In this document: positions 47,739-56,815 of the stretch, piece by piece
How the letters are laid out: the number at the start of each line of letters is the position of its first letter
Position numbering within the stretch: position 1 is the first letter of the stretch
NCBI GenBank assembly: GCA_021786105.1
Contig: JAJYNW010000010.1
Location: 1-64,000 of the forward strand
Source: a bacterium
Lineage (GTDB): Bacteria > Patescibacteriota > Microgenomatia > Daviesbacterales > UBA10151
Direction of reading: 5' to 3'
DNA length: 64,000 nucleotides
Program-made: the position numbers and the translations under genes
The notes under the pieces: model-generated
What the model was told of the DNA's origin: nothing
Databases searched by the model: none
What the model saw: only the letters and a program-made list of their open reading frames with translations

Positions 47739-48986
47739 ATGAATACTTTTGACTCTGCGCTTTCAAGGCTTACGCAGGCAGCAAAATATGAGTCTTTGCC
47801 GGAGTGGTTTTTAGAAACTTTATCTGTTCCTGAAAGGACTATCCAATTAAATTTTCCAGTCAAAAGAGATTCAGGAAAAATTGAGATAATGAGTGGTTAC
47901 CGGGTTCAATACAATAATTTGTTAGGTCCTTACAAAGGCGGTTTGCGTTTTCATACTAAGGTAGATATGGATGAAGTTAAGTCTTTGGCTTTTTGGATGA
48001 TGATTAAAAATGCCGTAATCAATATTCCTTTTGGCGGCGGTAAGGGCGGAGTCGAAGTTAATCCGAAAGATTTATCCAAGGCAGAACTGGAAAGATTAAC
48101 CAGGCAATTTACCAAAAAATTAGCTCCGAATATTGGTCCCTATACGGATGTGCCGGCACCGGATGTGAACACCAATGCCAAAATTATGGATTGGATAACT
48201 GATGAGTTTAGAGTCAGGAGCGAAGAACTAAAAATTAAATACAATGAGAATGAATCAAAGGCAGTAGTGACGGGAAAGTCGGTAGAGAACGGCGGATCCT
48301 TAGGGCGGGAAGAGGCAACGGGACTGGGGGGATTTTTTGTGCTAGAGCAGCTGATTAAAAAGTTAGATTTTAATAAGCCGTTAACTGTGGCAGTACAGGG
48401 TTTTGGAAATGTTGGTTCGCATATGGCGGCGCTGCTTTTTGAAAATGGTTATAAAGTTGTCGGACTTTCTGATTCCAAGGGAGGAATTGTTGAACAATCG
48501 GGCAAAGGTTTTAACGTTAATTCAGTAAAAAGTTGTAAGCTAGAAAAAGGCTTAATCAGCAGTTGCTCTCCCATCAATATTTCTAATGAAGAGTTATTTG
48601 AAATGGAGGTAGATATTTTAATTCCGGCTGCTTTGGAAAATGTTATAACTTCTGAAAACGCCAATAAAATAAAAGCCAAAATTGTTTTTGAGATGGCCAA
48701 CGGGCCGGTGATGGCAGAGGCTGATGAGATTTTAAAAGAAAAGGGAATTATTGTTGTGCCGGATGTTTTGGCCAATTCCGGAGGGGTGACTGTATCGTAT
48801 TTTGAATGGTTGCAGAATATTGAAGGTAAAAAGTGGACTTTGGAAGAAGTCAATAAAAAACTGCAAGAAAAAATGGAAACGGCTTTTGAAGAAGTCTGGA
48901 AGATGTATGCGGAGAAAAAAGTAGATCTGAGAACTGCAGCTTATGTTTTAGCGTTGCAAAGATTAGCGCAAAAAGCGGGCCTCTAA
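47739..48986 (+). CDS. gdhA: Glu/Leu/Phe/Val dehydrogenase (glutamate dehydrogenase)
   Basis: GPYKGGLRF, GGGKGG, PAPDV, VQGFGNVG, ANSGGVTVSYFEW. Confidence 0.93.
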   Translation: MNTFDSALSRLTQAAKYESLPEWFLETLSVPERTIQLNFPVKRDSGKIEIMSGYRVQYNNLLGPYKGGLRFHTKVDMDEVKSLAFWMMIKNAVINIPFGGGKGGVEVNPKDLSKAELERLTRQFTKKLAPNIGPYTDVPAPDVNTNAKIMDWITDEFRVRSEELKIKYNENESKAVVTGKSVENGGSLGREEATGLGGFFVLEQLIKKLDFNKPLTVAVQGFGNVGSHMAALLFENGYKVVGLSDSKGGIVEQSGKGFNVNSVKSCKLEKGLISSCSPINISNEELFEMEVDILIPAALENVITSENANKIKAKIVFEMANGPVMAEADEILKEKGIIVVPDVLANSGGVTVSYFEWLQNIEGKKWTLEEVNKKLQEKMETAFEEVWKMYAEKKVDLRTAAYVLALQRLAQKAGL

Positions 48987-49484
48987 ATTTTTTTTGATTT
49001 GTAAGGAAATAAAGATTGCCACAATTGCTGTTACAAATCCTCCCAATATATCCAAAGGATAATGTACGCCGACAAAAATCCTTGATAGTCCTACCCAACA
49101 CATGATAAACAATAAAAGCAGTGACCACCTGGATTTGAAATAAGTATAGGCAAAAGCCAATACAGCAGTAATGGCAGCATGATGGGAGGGAAAGGAGGCG
49201 CCTGCTTTTTCGGGAACAATAGGGGTGAAATGAAAATTGGCAAAAGGTCTGGGTTCAAAAAAGAAAAGGTGGATGATAACAATCAGTAAAAGGGCTATGG
49301 GTACGCTGACTAAAATTAATAACAGGGCTTTTTTCTCGCGGATGCTGCCTTTAATTCCCAGAATTAAAACCAGTAACAGCGCCAGATAGATCAAGTAAGT
49401 GGCACCAAACACCATTAATTTATCTAGGACTGGAAAGCGTCCGTTTAAATTAAATATTTGAAAGAAAAGGCTAACGTTGTCCAT
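48963..49484 (-). CDS. PAP2-family undecaprenyl-diphosphatase-like protein
   Basis: RP, SFPSHH, SRIFVGVHYPLD. Confidence 0.9.
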   Translation of the reverse strand: MDNVSLFFQIFNLNGRFPVLDKLMVFGATYLIYLALLLVLILGIKGSIREKKALLLILVSVPIALLLIVIIHLFFFEPRPFANFHFTPIVPEKAGASFPSHHAAITAVLAFAYTYFKSRWSLLLLFIMCWVGLSRIFVGVHYPLDILGGFVTAIVAIFISLQIKKNLEARFLR

Positions 49485-49493
49485 TATTTCGCT

Positions 49494-49859
49494 TCAGAAT
49501 GACAAAATGTAAGGCCAAAAGATTATGATCCCCAAAATTGCGGAAGTGATAGCAGCAATTAAAACTGCCCCGGCGGAAATATCTTTGGCATACTTGGCTC
49601 TCGGGTGTTCTTTGTCTGTAAATGCATCAACTACTGCCTCGACTGCGGTATTGGTTAATTCTACGGAAATGACAAACCCGATTAAGAAGACAATAATTAA
49701 CCAGTCCTGGCGGGAAAGATTTAAAATGAGAGAGACGATAATAACAGCTAATCCTGCAACAAAATGAAATTTTAAATTTGGTTCTTCTCTTAAGGCGGCA
49801 ATAATTCCGGCGCAAGCATATTTAAAAGAGAGTATTCTCCTGTTTGCCAAATTTTCCAT
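49494..49859 (-). CDS. dgkA: DgkA-family (undecaprenol) kinase
   Basis: SFKYA, EPN, ELTNTAVE, AKDISAGAV. Confidence 0.92.
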   Translation of the reverse strand: MENLANRRILSFKYACAGIIAALREEPNLKFHFVAGLAVIIVSLILNLSRQDWLIIVFLIGFVISVELTNTAVEAVVDAFTDKEHPRAKYAKDISAGAVLIAAITSAILGIIIFWPYILSF

Positions 49860-49892
49860 AACCTAATTTTAGTATACCATTTTTTAATACAC

Positions 49893-49921
49893 TTGACTCA
49901 TAGCTTAAATTTGGTTATATT
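49893..49921 (+). promoter_or_regulatory. Sigma70 promoter of the pur operon (probably leaderless)
   Basis: TTGACT-N17-TATATT, ATG 5 nt downstream. Confidence 0.65.
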
Positions 49922-49926
49922 AGGCT

Positions 49927-51345
49927 ATGGGAAAGAGATTGAAAGAGAAATGTGGAATATTTGGAGTTTATGGAACGGGATTTGAGGCAGCCCGATTAGT
50001 TCACCCCGGGCTTTGGGCCTTGCAACATCGAGGCCAAGAATCTTCCGGAATTGCATCTTCTGACGGTAAAAAGATCTATCTTCATAAAGGCATGGGCTTA
50101 GTTTCTCACGTTTTCGGAGAAGAAGACTTAAAAAAATTAAAAGGATATTTAGCAATTGGTCATAATCGTTATTCCACCTCAGGCGATTCAATTGACTCCC
50201 ACGCCCAACCAATTTTAGAAAAAATTAATGCTAATAAATTCATTGCCTTAGTCCATAACGGCAACCTTCCCTCCACTCAAAAGTTAGCAGAATTCCTAAA
50301 GGATAAAAAGGTTAGTGCATCCGGTCTTAATGATTCGGAAATGATTACTAAGGCAATTGCAGTTTTAGTCAAAGAAGGTTTAAGTTTGGAAGCGGCTATT
50401 AAAAAAGCATACCCTTTATTTACCGGTGTATTTTGTTTGTTGATTATGAATGAGGAAAAAATAATTGCGGTCAGGGATGGTTTCGGAATCAGGCCGCTTT
50501 GTTTGGGGAAATTAAACGGAGGGTTTATTGTAGCATCTGAAACCTGTGCCTTAGACATTATCGGAGCCAAATTTTTGCGGGAGGTGAAACCTGGTGAGAT
50601 GGTTATACTTGATGATAAAGGTTTACAAGGTGTCCAGATTGAAAAAGGTCAACAAAAGCTGGATGTTTTTGAATATGTCTATTTTGCCAGACCCGACAGT
50701 ATAATTTTGGGAAAAAGCGTTGATGAAGTCAGACAGAATTTAGGCAAAGAATTGGCTCGGGAAAATCAGATCAAAGCTGATATGGTCATCCCGGTTCCCG
50801 ATTCTGCAATACCGGCAGCCATAGGTTTTTCTAAAGAGTCAAAAATCCCTTTTGAAATGGGCCTTATTAAAAACCGCTATATTCACCGAACTTTTATTTC
50901 TCCGGAAGTACATGCCCGTCATAAAATGGTCCAATTAAAGCTTAACCCGATGCCGCATGTCCTCAAAGGGAAAAAGGTGATTATTATTGATGATTCAATA
51001 GTTAGAGGAACAACTTCAAAACAAATTATTAAAATGATTAAAGATGCCGGGGCTAAAGAAGTTCATTTATTGGTTTCCTCGCCTCCGGTGAAATTCCCGG
51101 ATTTTTATGGTATCGATACTCCTAAACAAAAGGATTTGATCGCGGCAGAAAAAAATATCAAGCAGATTGCCCAGGAGTTAGGGGTAGATTCCTTGCATTA
51201 TTTATCTTATCAAGGTTTGATAAAAGCCATTGGTTTGCCTGAAAATCTACTCTGCACCGCCCTTTTTAATGGCAATTATCCTGTGGATATCGGGGAAAGA
51301 AGGAAAGAGATAGTTTATGAAAAAAATAGCAGTTTTAATATCTAA
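49927..51345 (+). CDS. purF: Amidophosphoribosyltransferase
   Basis: CGIFG, LQHRGQES, GHNRYST, FEYVYFARPDS, IDDSIVRGTT. Confidence 0.97.
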   Translation: MGKRLKEKCGIFGVYGTGFEAARLVHPGLWALQHRGQESSGIASSDGKKIYLHKGMGLVSHVFGEEDLKKLKGYLAIGHNRYSTSGDSIDSHAQPILEKINANKFIALVHNGNLPSTQKLAEFLKDKKVSASGLNDSEMITKAIAVLVKEGLSLEAAIKKAYPLFTGVFCLLIMNEEKIIAVRDGFGIRPLCLGKLNGGFIVASETCALDIIGAKFLREVKPGEMVILDDKGLQGVQIEKGQQKLDVFEYVYFARPDSIILGKSVDEVRQNLGKELARENQIKADMVIPVPDSAIPAAIGFSKESKIPFEMGLIKNRYIHRTFISPEVHARHKMVQLKLNPMPHVLKGKKVIIIDDSIVRGTTSKQIIKMIKDAGAKEVHLLVSSPPVKFPDFYGIDTPKQKDLIAAEKNIKQIAQELGVDSLHYLSYQGLIKAIGLPENLLCTALFNGNYPVDIGERRKEIVYEKNSSFNI

Positions 51346-53266
51346 CAAAGGTACAGGTACTAATCTACAAGCAATCATTAACGGGGTAGAAAGCGGAAAA
51401 ATTCCGGCTAAAATTGCAGCGGTAATTTCTGATACACCTGAAGCGCAAGGTTTAACAAGAGCCAAAAAACACAGACTTCCAATTAAAATAGTTCCGAAAA
51501 AAGAAGGACTGTCAGCAGTATTAAAAAAGCTGAACCCTGATTATATTTGTTTGGCTGGATGGAAACAGATTATTTTGGATGAGGTGATTGAGGCATTTCC
51601 TAATCGAATTTTAAATGTTCACCCCGGGCTTATACCGGATACAATGGACGGAGTTGTTAAAAATCCGGACGGAACCAACGGTCTATGGAATAAAGGGAAA
51701 ATGACCGATAAGGCCATGCAGAACTTTTTTGATAATAAGGCAACATATGCCGGTTCAAGCATTCATTTCTTAACTTTGGAATTTGATTTCGGACCGGTAT
51801 TGGGTAGAGGTTTTGAAGAGATAAGACGCGGGGATACCGTTGAATCTTTATATTCTAGATTAAAAATCAAAGAGAATAAATTGTATGCAGAGGTTTTGGC
51901 AAAACTTTGTTCTTCCCAAACCGTCTTAATTATTGATGGAGGCGGAAGAGGGTCAGTGCTGGTTGATAAATACGGGCAAAGCGAACAAATAGGGAAAATT
52001 TTAGTTATTCCCGGTAACGATCTGATGCAAATCAATACCAAAAAGCCGGTGATGACTTACCAACATTTGAAAACTACATCAGTTGACGAAATTTTAGAAA
52101 TTTGCCAAAAAGAAAAAGTGGATTTAGTGGATGTAGCTCAGGATAATGCAGTGGAAGTTGGGTTAGTAGATAAGCTGCAAAAAAATAAAATACCGGTAGT
52201 TGGTCCAACCAGGTTAGCCGGACAAATCGAATGGGATAAAGGATGGTCAAGGGATTTTATGAGAAAATATCAAATTGCGCACCCTAAGTATTATGTTTTC
52301 TCAACGGAAAAGGATGGAATAAAATTTGCAGAAGAATCAGAAAACCCTAAATGGTTTGTGAAAGCGGCTGGTTTGGCAGAGGGTAAAGGGGTGATACCGG
52401 CAGAGAATAAAAAAGATGTAATTAACGCTATCAAGCAAATGAGTAAATTTGGCAGCTCCGGCAAAACTTACTTATTGGAGGAATGGCTAACAGGTGAAGA
52501 ATTCTCGGCTTTTGCAATTTGCGATGGGAAAACTTTTAAATTGGTAGGTTTTGCTCAAGACCATAAAAGGGTAGATGATGGCGATCAAGGTCCTAATACC
52601 GGAGGGATGGGTTGTGTGTCCAGTCCTTTAATAGTTGATAAAAATATTAAAAGCCAGATAGAGGAAATCTTTAAAAAAGCTATGGCAGGTTTAAAAAAAG
52701 AAAAAAGGCCATACCAAGGAGTTTTGTATTTGGGTGGGATAGTAGTTGGAGGAAAAACTTATGTAATTGAATTTAATGCCAGGTGGGGAGATCCGGAGGC
52801 AGAAGTAATTGTGCCGTCTATCAAAAATGATTTGTTTGATTTATCAAAGGTTATAATTTCGGGAAGGATTAAAGACTTTGATGTCAGAACAGATAACAAA
52901 GTTAGAGTGGCAGTAGCGGGTGCAGCAAAAGGTTATCCGGTTGATTATTCTAAAGTTAAAGGTAAAAAAGTGTTGGGAATTGATAAAGCTATGCAAACAG
53001 GAGTTAAAATTTATGGCGCGGGTATTAAAAAAATTGACGGAGATTTTGTAGTTAATGGTGGCAGGGTTTTATATATGGTGGCGGAAGGAAAGAATATTAT
53101 GGACGCAAGAGAAAAAGCTTATAAAGCTATGAAATTGATAAAAATTGAGGGAGATAACTTGCATTACAGAAAAGATATTGGTTGGAGGGATGTTGAGCGA
53201 ATGCGAAATCCTGAGCGAGCGAAGCGAGTCGAAGGAGAAAGGCTGAAAAATGATACAAAAAGTTAG
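51317..53266 (+). CDS. purD: PurN-PurD fusion (GAR transformylase + GAR synthetase)
   Basis: N-terminal GTNLQAI, LAGW, NVHP, DFGP; C-terminal GLAEGKGV, QDHKR, GPNTGGMG, EFNARWGDPE, GGRVL. Confidence 0.9.
   Translation: MKKIAVLISNKGTGTNLQAIINGVESGKIPAKIAAVISDTPEAQGLTRAKKHRLPIKIVPKKEGLSAVLKKLNPDYICLAGWKQIILDEVIEAFPNRILNVHPGLIPDTMDGVVKNPDGTNGLWNKGKMTDKAMQNFFDNKATYAGSSIHFLTLEFDFGPVLGRGFEEIRRGDTVESLYSRLKIKENKLYAEVLAKLCSSQTVLIIDGGGRGSVLVDKYGQSEQIGKILVIPGNDLMQINTKKPVMTYQHLKTTSVDEILEICQKEKVDLVDVAQDNAVEVGLVDKLQKNKIPVVGPTRLAGQIEWDKGWSRDFMRKYQIAHPKYYVFSTEKDGIKFAEESENPKWFVKAAGLAEGKGVIPAENKKDVINAIKQMSKFGSSGKTYLLEEWLTGEEFSAFAICDGKTFKLVGFAQDHKRVDDGDQGPNTGGMGCVSSPLIVDKNIKSQIEEIFKKAMAGLKKEKRPYQGVLYLGGIVVGGKTYVIEFNARWGDPEAEVIVPSIKNDLFDLSKVIISGRIKDFDVRTDNKVRVAVAGAAKGYPVDYSKVKGKKVLGIDKAMQTGVKIYGAGIKKIDGDFVVNGGRVLYMVAEGKNIMDAREKAYKAMKLIKIEGDNLHYRKDIGWRDVERMRNPERAKRVEGERLKNDTKS
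53209..53236 (+). repeat. Family C element in the purD C-terminal extension
   Basis: TCCTGAGCGAGCGAAGCGAGTCGAAGGA = PERAKRVEG. Confidence 0.7.
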
Positions 53267-56036
53267 AGTACAAACAATAGGGCAACAAAACATTAAAGTT
53301 TATCGACTAGAGGGAATATTAGAAAAAGACGCCAAAATTTTGGCTGAAAAATTACTATCGGAATCAATCAACCAAAGGTATGCAATTAACCGTCCAATCC
53401 ACCTCGAAGGAGTTAAAGCCCACCTTCGAGGTGTGGCTGTAATAGAAATTGCTTATAAACCAGGGGTCATGAACCCGGAAGTAACATCGATTATGAAAGC
53501 TGCTTCTGATTTGGGGATTAAACTAATTGCCTGCGATAGCTCCATGGAGTACCTTAATAAAAAGGTTTCCTTTAATCCTTTAATAGAACATATAGTGACA
53601 GAAGAACCGCAAACACTTTTAATCAAAGAAAAACAAAGTCAAACTCAAATAATCCCAATCAGAAATCTTAATGATAAAGAGCTTTTGGATTTATCCAAAG
53701 ATAAACTTTTCTTAAATTTGGAAGAAATGCAAACCATCCAAAAATATTTTCAAAAAATCAACAGAGATCCGACTGATTTAGAACTGGAAACTTTAGCTCA
53801 AACTTGGAGCGAGCACTCCGGTCATAAAACTTTTAAAGCGAAATTAATTGTCGACGGCAAAGAAAAAGAACCGCTAATCCAAAGGATCAAAAAAGAGGCT
53901 TTGAAACATAATAAAAATATTGTGTCAGCATTTGAGGATAATTCCGGGGTGATGGATTTTTATGATGGTTTCGGAATTTGCGGCAAAGTGGAAACCCACA
54001 ATGCTCCGTCAGCTATTGAACCATATGGCGGGGCAATGACCGGTTCGGGTGGGGTGTTTCGCGATATCGCGGCAACCGGAAAAGGCGCAAAAAATATAGC
54101 CTCAACCGATATCTTTTGTTTTGCGCCGGTTGATTTACCTATTGAGAAATTACCTCAAGGTTGTTTGCCGCCGGAATATTTATTAAAAAGGGTGGTAGCC
54201 GGAGTGAGGGATTACGGGAATAGAATGGGAATTTCGACTAATAACGGATCAGTGCATTTCCAGGAAGATTTTCGGGCCAGACCAACAGTGATTGTGGGGG
54301 CATACGGCATAGTGCCGAAAAAATATGCTTTAAAAGACAAGCCGAAAATTGGAGATTTGATAATTTGTGTGGGCGGGCGGACAGGCAGGGATGGAATTCA
54401 CGGAGCCACTTTTTCTTCCGGTGAAATGACTGAACGGACAATTGAAGTGCATTCTTCAGCGGTGCAAATTGGCAATGCCATTGAGGAAAAAAGAATGTTT
54501 GATGCGCTCTTGGAAGCTAGAGACAGAGATTTAATCAGGTTGATACAGGATGTCGGTGGTGGAGGATTCTCGTCAGCTGTCGGTGAAATTGGAGAAAGTT
54601 TAGGGGTATCAGTTGATATTAAAAATGCGCCGTTAAAATACCAGGGTTTAGCACCTTGGGAAATTTGGGTGTCAGAGTCCCAGGAAAGAATGGTGGTGGT
54701 TTTAGAGGAAAAGAATCTGGAAGGATTTAAAGACCTTTGCAAAAAACATAACGTGGAGATGGCAGTTTTAGGAAAGTTTGATGGCAGTAAAAAATTAAAC
54801 GTGACTTTTGGAGAGGAAGTTGTCGGCGATTTAGATATGCATTTTTTGCATAAAGGGTTACCGAAAAGAATTCTTAAAGCCACCTCTCCTGTCATTCTGA
54901 GCACAGCGAAGAATCTCGAGATTAATGAATTTAGAGATCCTTCACTAATCGTTCAGGATGACAAAATTGAAGAGCCAAAAACAGAAAAAGAATGGATTGA
55001 AGTTTTGAAAAAGGTTTTGGGTCACGGTAATGTTTGTTCAAAAGAGCCAATTGTCCGGATGTATGACCATTCGGTCCAGGGGACTAATGATTTGCAGCCC
55101 TTTTCCGGTGTAACTTTAGACGGGCCAAATGATTCTCCGGTTTTGCGGCCATTCTTGGATAAAAAATATGGCATGGTAATTTCTCATGGATTAAATCCGA
55201 TACTAAATAATATTGATCCATATTGGGGGAGTATTTGGGCAGCAACAGAAAGCTTATCAAATTTTGTGGCAGTGGGAGGAGACTATAAAGAAGCTTGTCT
55301 GATAAATAATTATATTTGGCCGTTTCCGGATGAGGAATCACTTTGGTCATTGGATAGATCTGTTGATGCAGTAGTAGATTTTATGAAAGTTTTCCAAATC
55401 CCGGTAATTTCAGGCAAGGATAGTTTGTCCTCAACTTACCGGGCAGCAAACGGCACGATTATTAAAATTCCCCCAACACTTTGTATGTCAGTTTTTGGCA
55501 GAATTCTTGATGTCGATAAAACTGTCACTGCTGATTTTAAGAAAGTTGGTTCAACAATTTTGTTGGTAGGAAAAACGGATAAAAGTTTAGGCGGATCCAT
55601 ATATTATCAAGTAAATAATTTAGAAGGAAATTCTTTGCCGAAAGTAGATTTGAAATTATTGTCAGAAGTTTTTACAGCAGTTAATAACGCAATAACAAAT
55701 GGAAAAGCATTAGCAGTTCACGATGTATCAGAAGGGGGAATAATTTCTACAATCTTTGAAATGTGTGTGGGCGGAGGGATGGGGGCAGATATCCACCTCG
55801 AAGGAGTCAAAGCCCACCTTCGAGGTGATCAGATTTTGTTTAACGAAACTGCAGGGTGTTTTATTGTTGAGGTGGAAAACAAAAAAGTCGCTGAGCGACT
55901 TTTTAAAAATATTCCTTATCACATCTTAGGAGAAACAAAAGTAGATCAAAAAATAGAAGTAAAAAATCTGTTTAAAGCCGACGTTAATGATTTGAAAAAA
56001 GCTTGGCAGGAACCAATGAGGAGGTGCTTCAAATGA
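53250..56036 (+). CDS. purL: FGAM synthase PurL with PurS-like N-terminus; contains three repeat insertions
   Basis: WSEHSGHKTF, KVETHN, GRDGIHGA, SESQERM, ISGKDS, HDVSEGG. Confidence 0.95.
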   Translation: MIQKVRVQTIGQQNIKVYRLEGILEKDAKILAEKLLSESINQRYAINRPIHLEGVKAHLRGVAVIEIAYKPGVMNPEVTSIMKAASDLGIKLIACDSSMEYLNKKVSFNPLIEHIVTEEPQTLLIKEKQSQTQIIPIRNLNDKELLDLSKDKLFLNLEEMQTIQKYFQKINRDPTDLELETLAQTWSEHSGHKTFKAKLIVDGKEKEPLIQRIKKEALKHNKNIVSAFEDNSGVMDFYDGFGICGKVETHNAPSAIEPYGGAMTGSGGVFRDIAATGKGAKNIASTDIFCFAPVDLPIEKLPQGCLPPEYLLKRVVAGVRDYGNRMGISTNNGSVHFQEDFRARPTVIVGAYGIVPKKYALKDKPKIGDLIICVGGRTGRDGIHGATFSSGEMTERTIEVHSSAVQIGNAIEEKRMFDALLEARDRDLIRLIQDVGGGGFSSAVGEIGESLGVSVDIKNAPLKYQGLAPWEIWVSESQERMVVVLEEKNLEGFKDLCKKHNVEMAVLGKFDGSKKLNVTFGEEVVGDLDMHFLHKGLPKRILKATSPVILSTAKNLEINEFRDPSLIVQDDKIEEPKTEKEWIEVLKKVLGHGNVCSKEPIVRMYDHSVQGTNDLQPFSGVTLDGPNDSPVLRPFLDKKYGMVISHGLNPILNNIDPYWGSIWAATESLSNFVAVGGDYKEACLINNYIWPFPDEESLWSLDRSVDAVVDFMKVFQIPVISGKDSLSSTYRAANGTIIKIPPTLCMSVFGRILDVDKTVTADFKKVGSTILLVGKTDKSLGGSIYYQVNNLEGNSLPKVDLKLLSEVFTAVNNAITNGKALAVHDVSEGGIISTIFEMCVGGGMGADIHLEGVKAHLRGDQILFNETAGCFIVEVENKKVAERLFKNIPYHILGETKVDQKIEVKNLFKADVNDLKKAWQEPMRRCFK
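53400..53433. repeat. Family B hairpin in frame in purL
   Basis: CACCTCGAAGG-AGTTAAAGCCCA-CCTTCGAGGTG = HLEGVKAHLRG. Confidence 0.85.
54891..54962. repeat. Full 72-bp family A element in frame in purL
   Basis: Encodes VILSTAKNLEINEFRDPSLIVQDD; 54933-54963 is identical to 62466-62496. Confidence 0.9.
55794..55827. repeat. Second family B hairpin in frame in purL
   Basis: CACCTCGAAGG-AGTCAAAGCCCA-CCTTCGAGGTG = HLEGVKAHLRG. Confidence 0.85.
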
Positions 56037-56815
56037 GACCAAAAGTTTTAGTTTTAAAAGCAGATGGAACAAACCGGGATGAAGAAATGGCTTTTGCTTT
56101 TAAGATTGCAGGTGGGGATCCGAAAATAATTCATGTAAACGAATTGCGAAATGGATCAGAGAGAATGGAAAATTTTCAAATTTTGGCTTTACCGGGCGGG
56201 TTTGCTTATGGGGATGATATTGTGTCGGGAAAGATTTTAGCAATTGAATTAACCTCATTTTTTGCAGAAGAACTAAGGAAATTTATTGATAGGAAAGATA
56301 CGGCAATTTTGGGAATTTGTAATGGATTTCAAGTTTTGGTCCGAACAGGTTTGCTTCCATTTAGAAATGTGGGAAGAATGGATGTGACTTTGACTAATAA
56401 TGATTCCGGGCATTTTGAGTGCAGATGGGTGAAAGTAAAAGTTAATAAAAACAGTAGGTCTAAATTTTTGCGGGGACTTGAGGAGCGAATTATTTGGTAT
56501 CCGGTGGCACACGGTGAAGGAAAATTCTTTACAGACAATAAAACTTTAAAAAAAATAGAAGATAATAATTTAGTTGCATTTAGGTATGTTGATAATAATG
56601 GGAATCAGACCCAAAATTATCCGGCAAACCCTAACGGTTCTTTAAATGCGGTAGTAGGAATTTCTGATGAGACTGGCAGAATTTTAGGAATGATGCCGCA
56701 TCCGGAGTGTTTTGTGAGAGTTGAGCAGCACCCAAACTGGCGGCGTGGTAAAGTTAAAGTAATGGGTTTACCGCTTTTTGAAAATATAGTGGAATTCGTG
56801 AAAGGAGTAAAATGA
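56033..56815 (+). CDS. purQ: FGAM synthase glutaminase subunit (start MRPKV at 56033)
   Basis: PGGFAYGD, GICNGFQ, AHGEG, NPNGS, MMPHPE. Confidence 0.95.
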   Translation: MRPKVLVLKADGTNRDEEMAFAFKIAGGDPKIIHVNELRNGSERMENFQILALPGGFAYGDDIVSGKILAIELTSFFAEELRKFIDRKDTAILGICNGFQVLVRTGLLPFRNVGRMDVTLTNNDSGHFECRWVKVKVNKNSRSKFLRGLEERIIWYPVAHGEGKFFTDNKTLKKIEDNNLVAFRYVDNNGNQTQNYPANPNGSLNAVVGISDETGRILGMMPHPECFVRVEQHPNWRRGKVKVMGLPLFENIVEFVKGVK

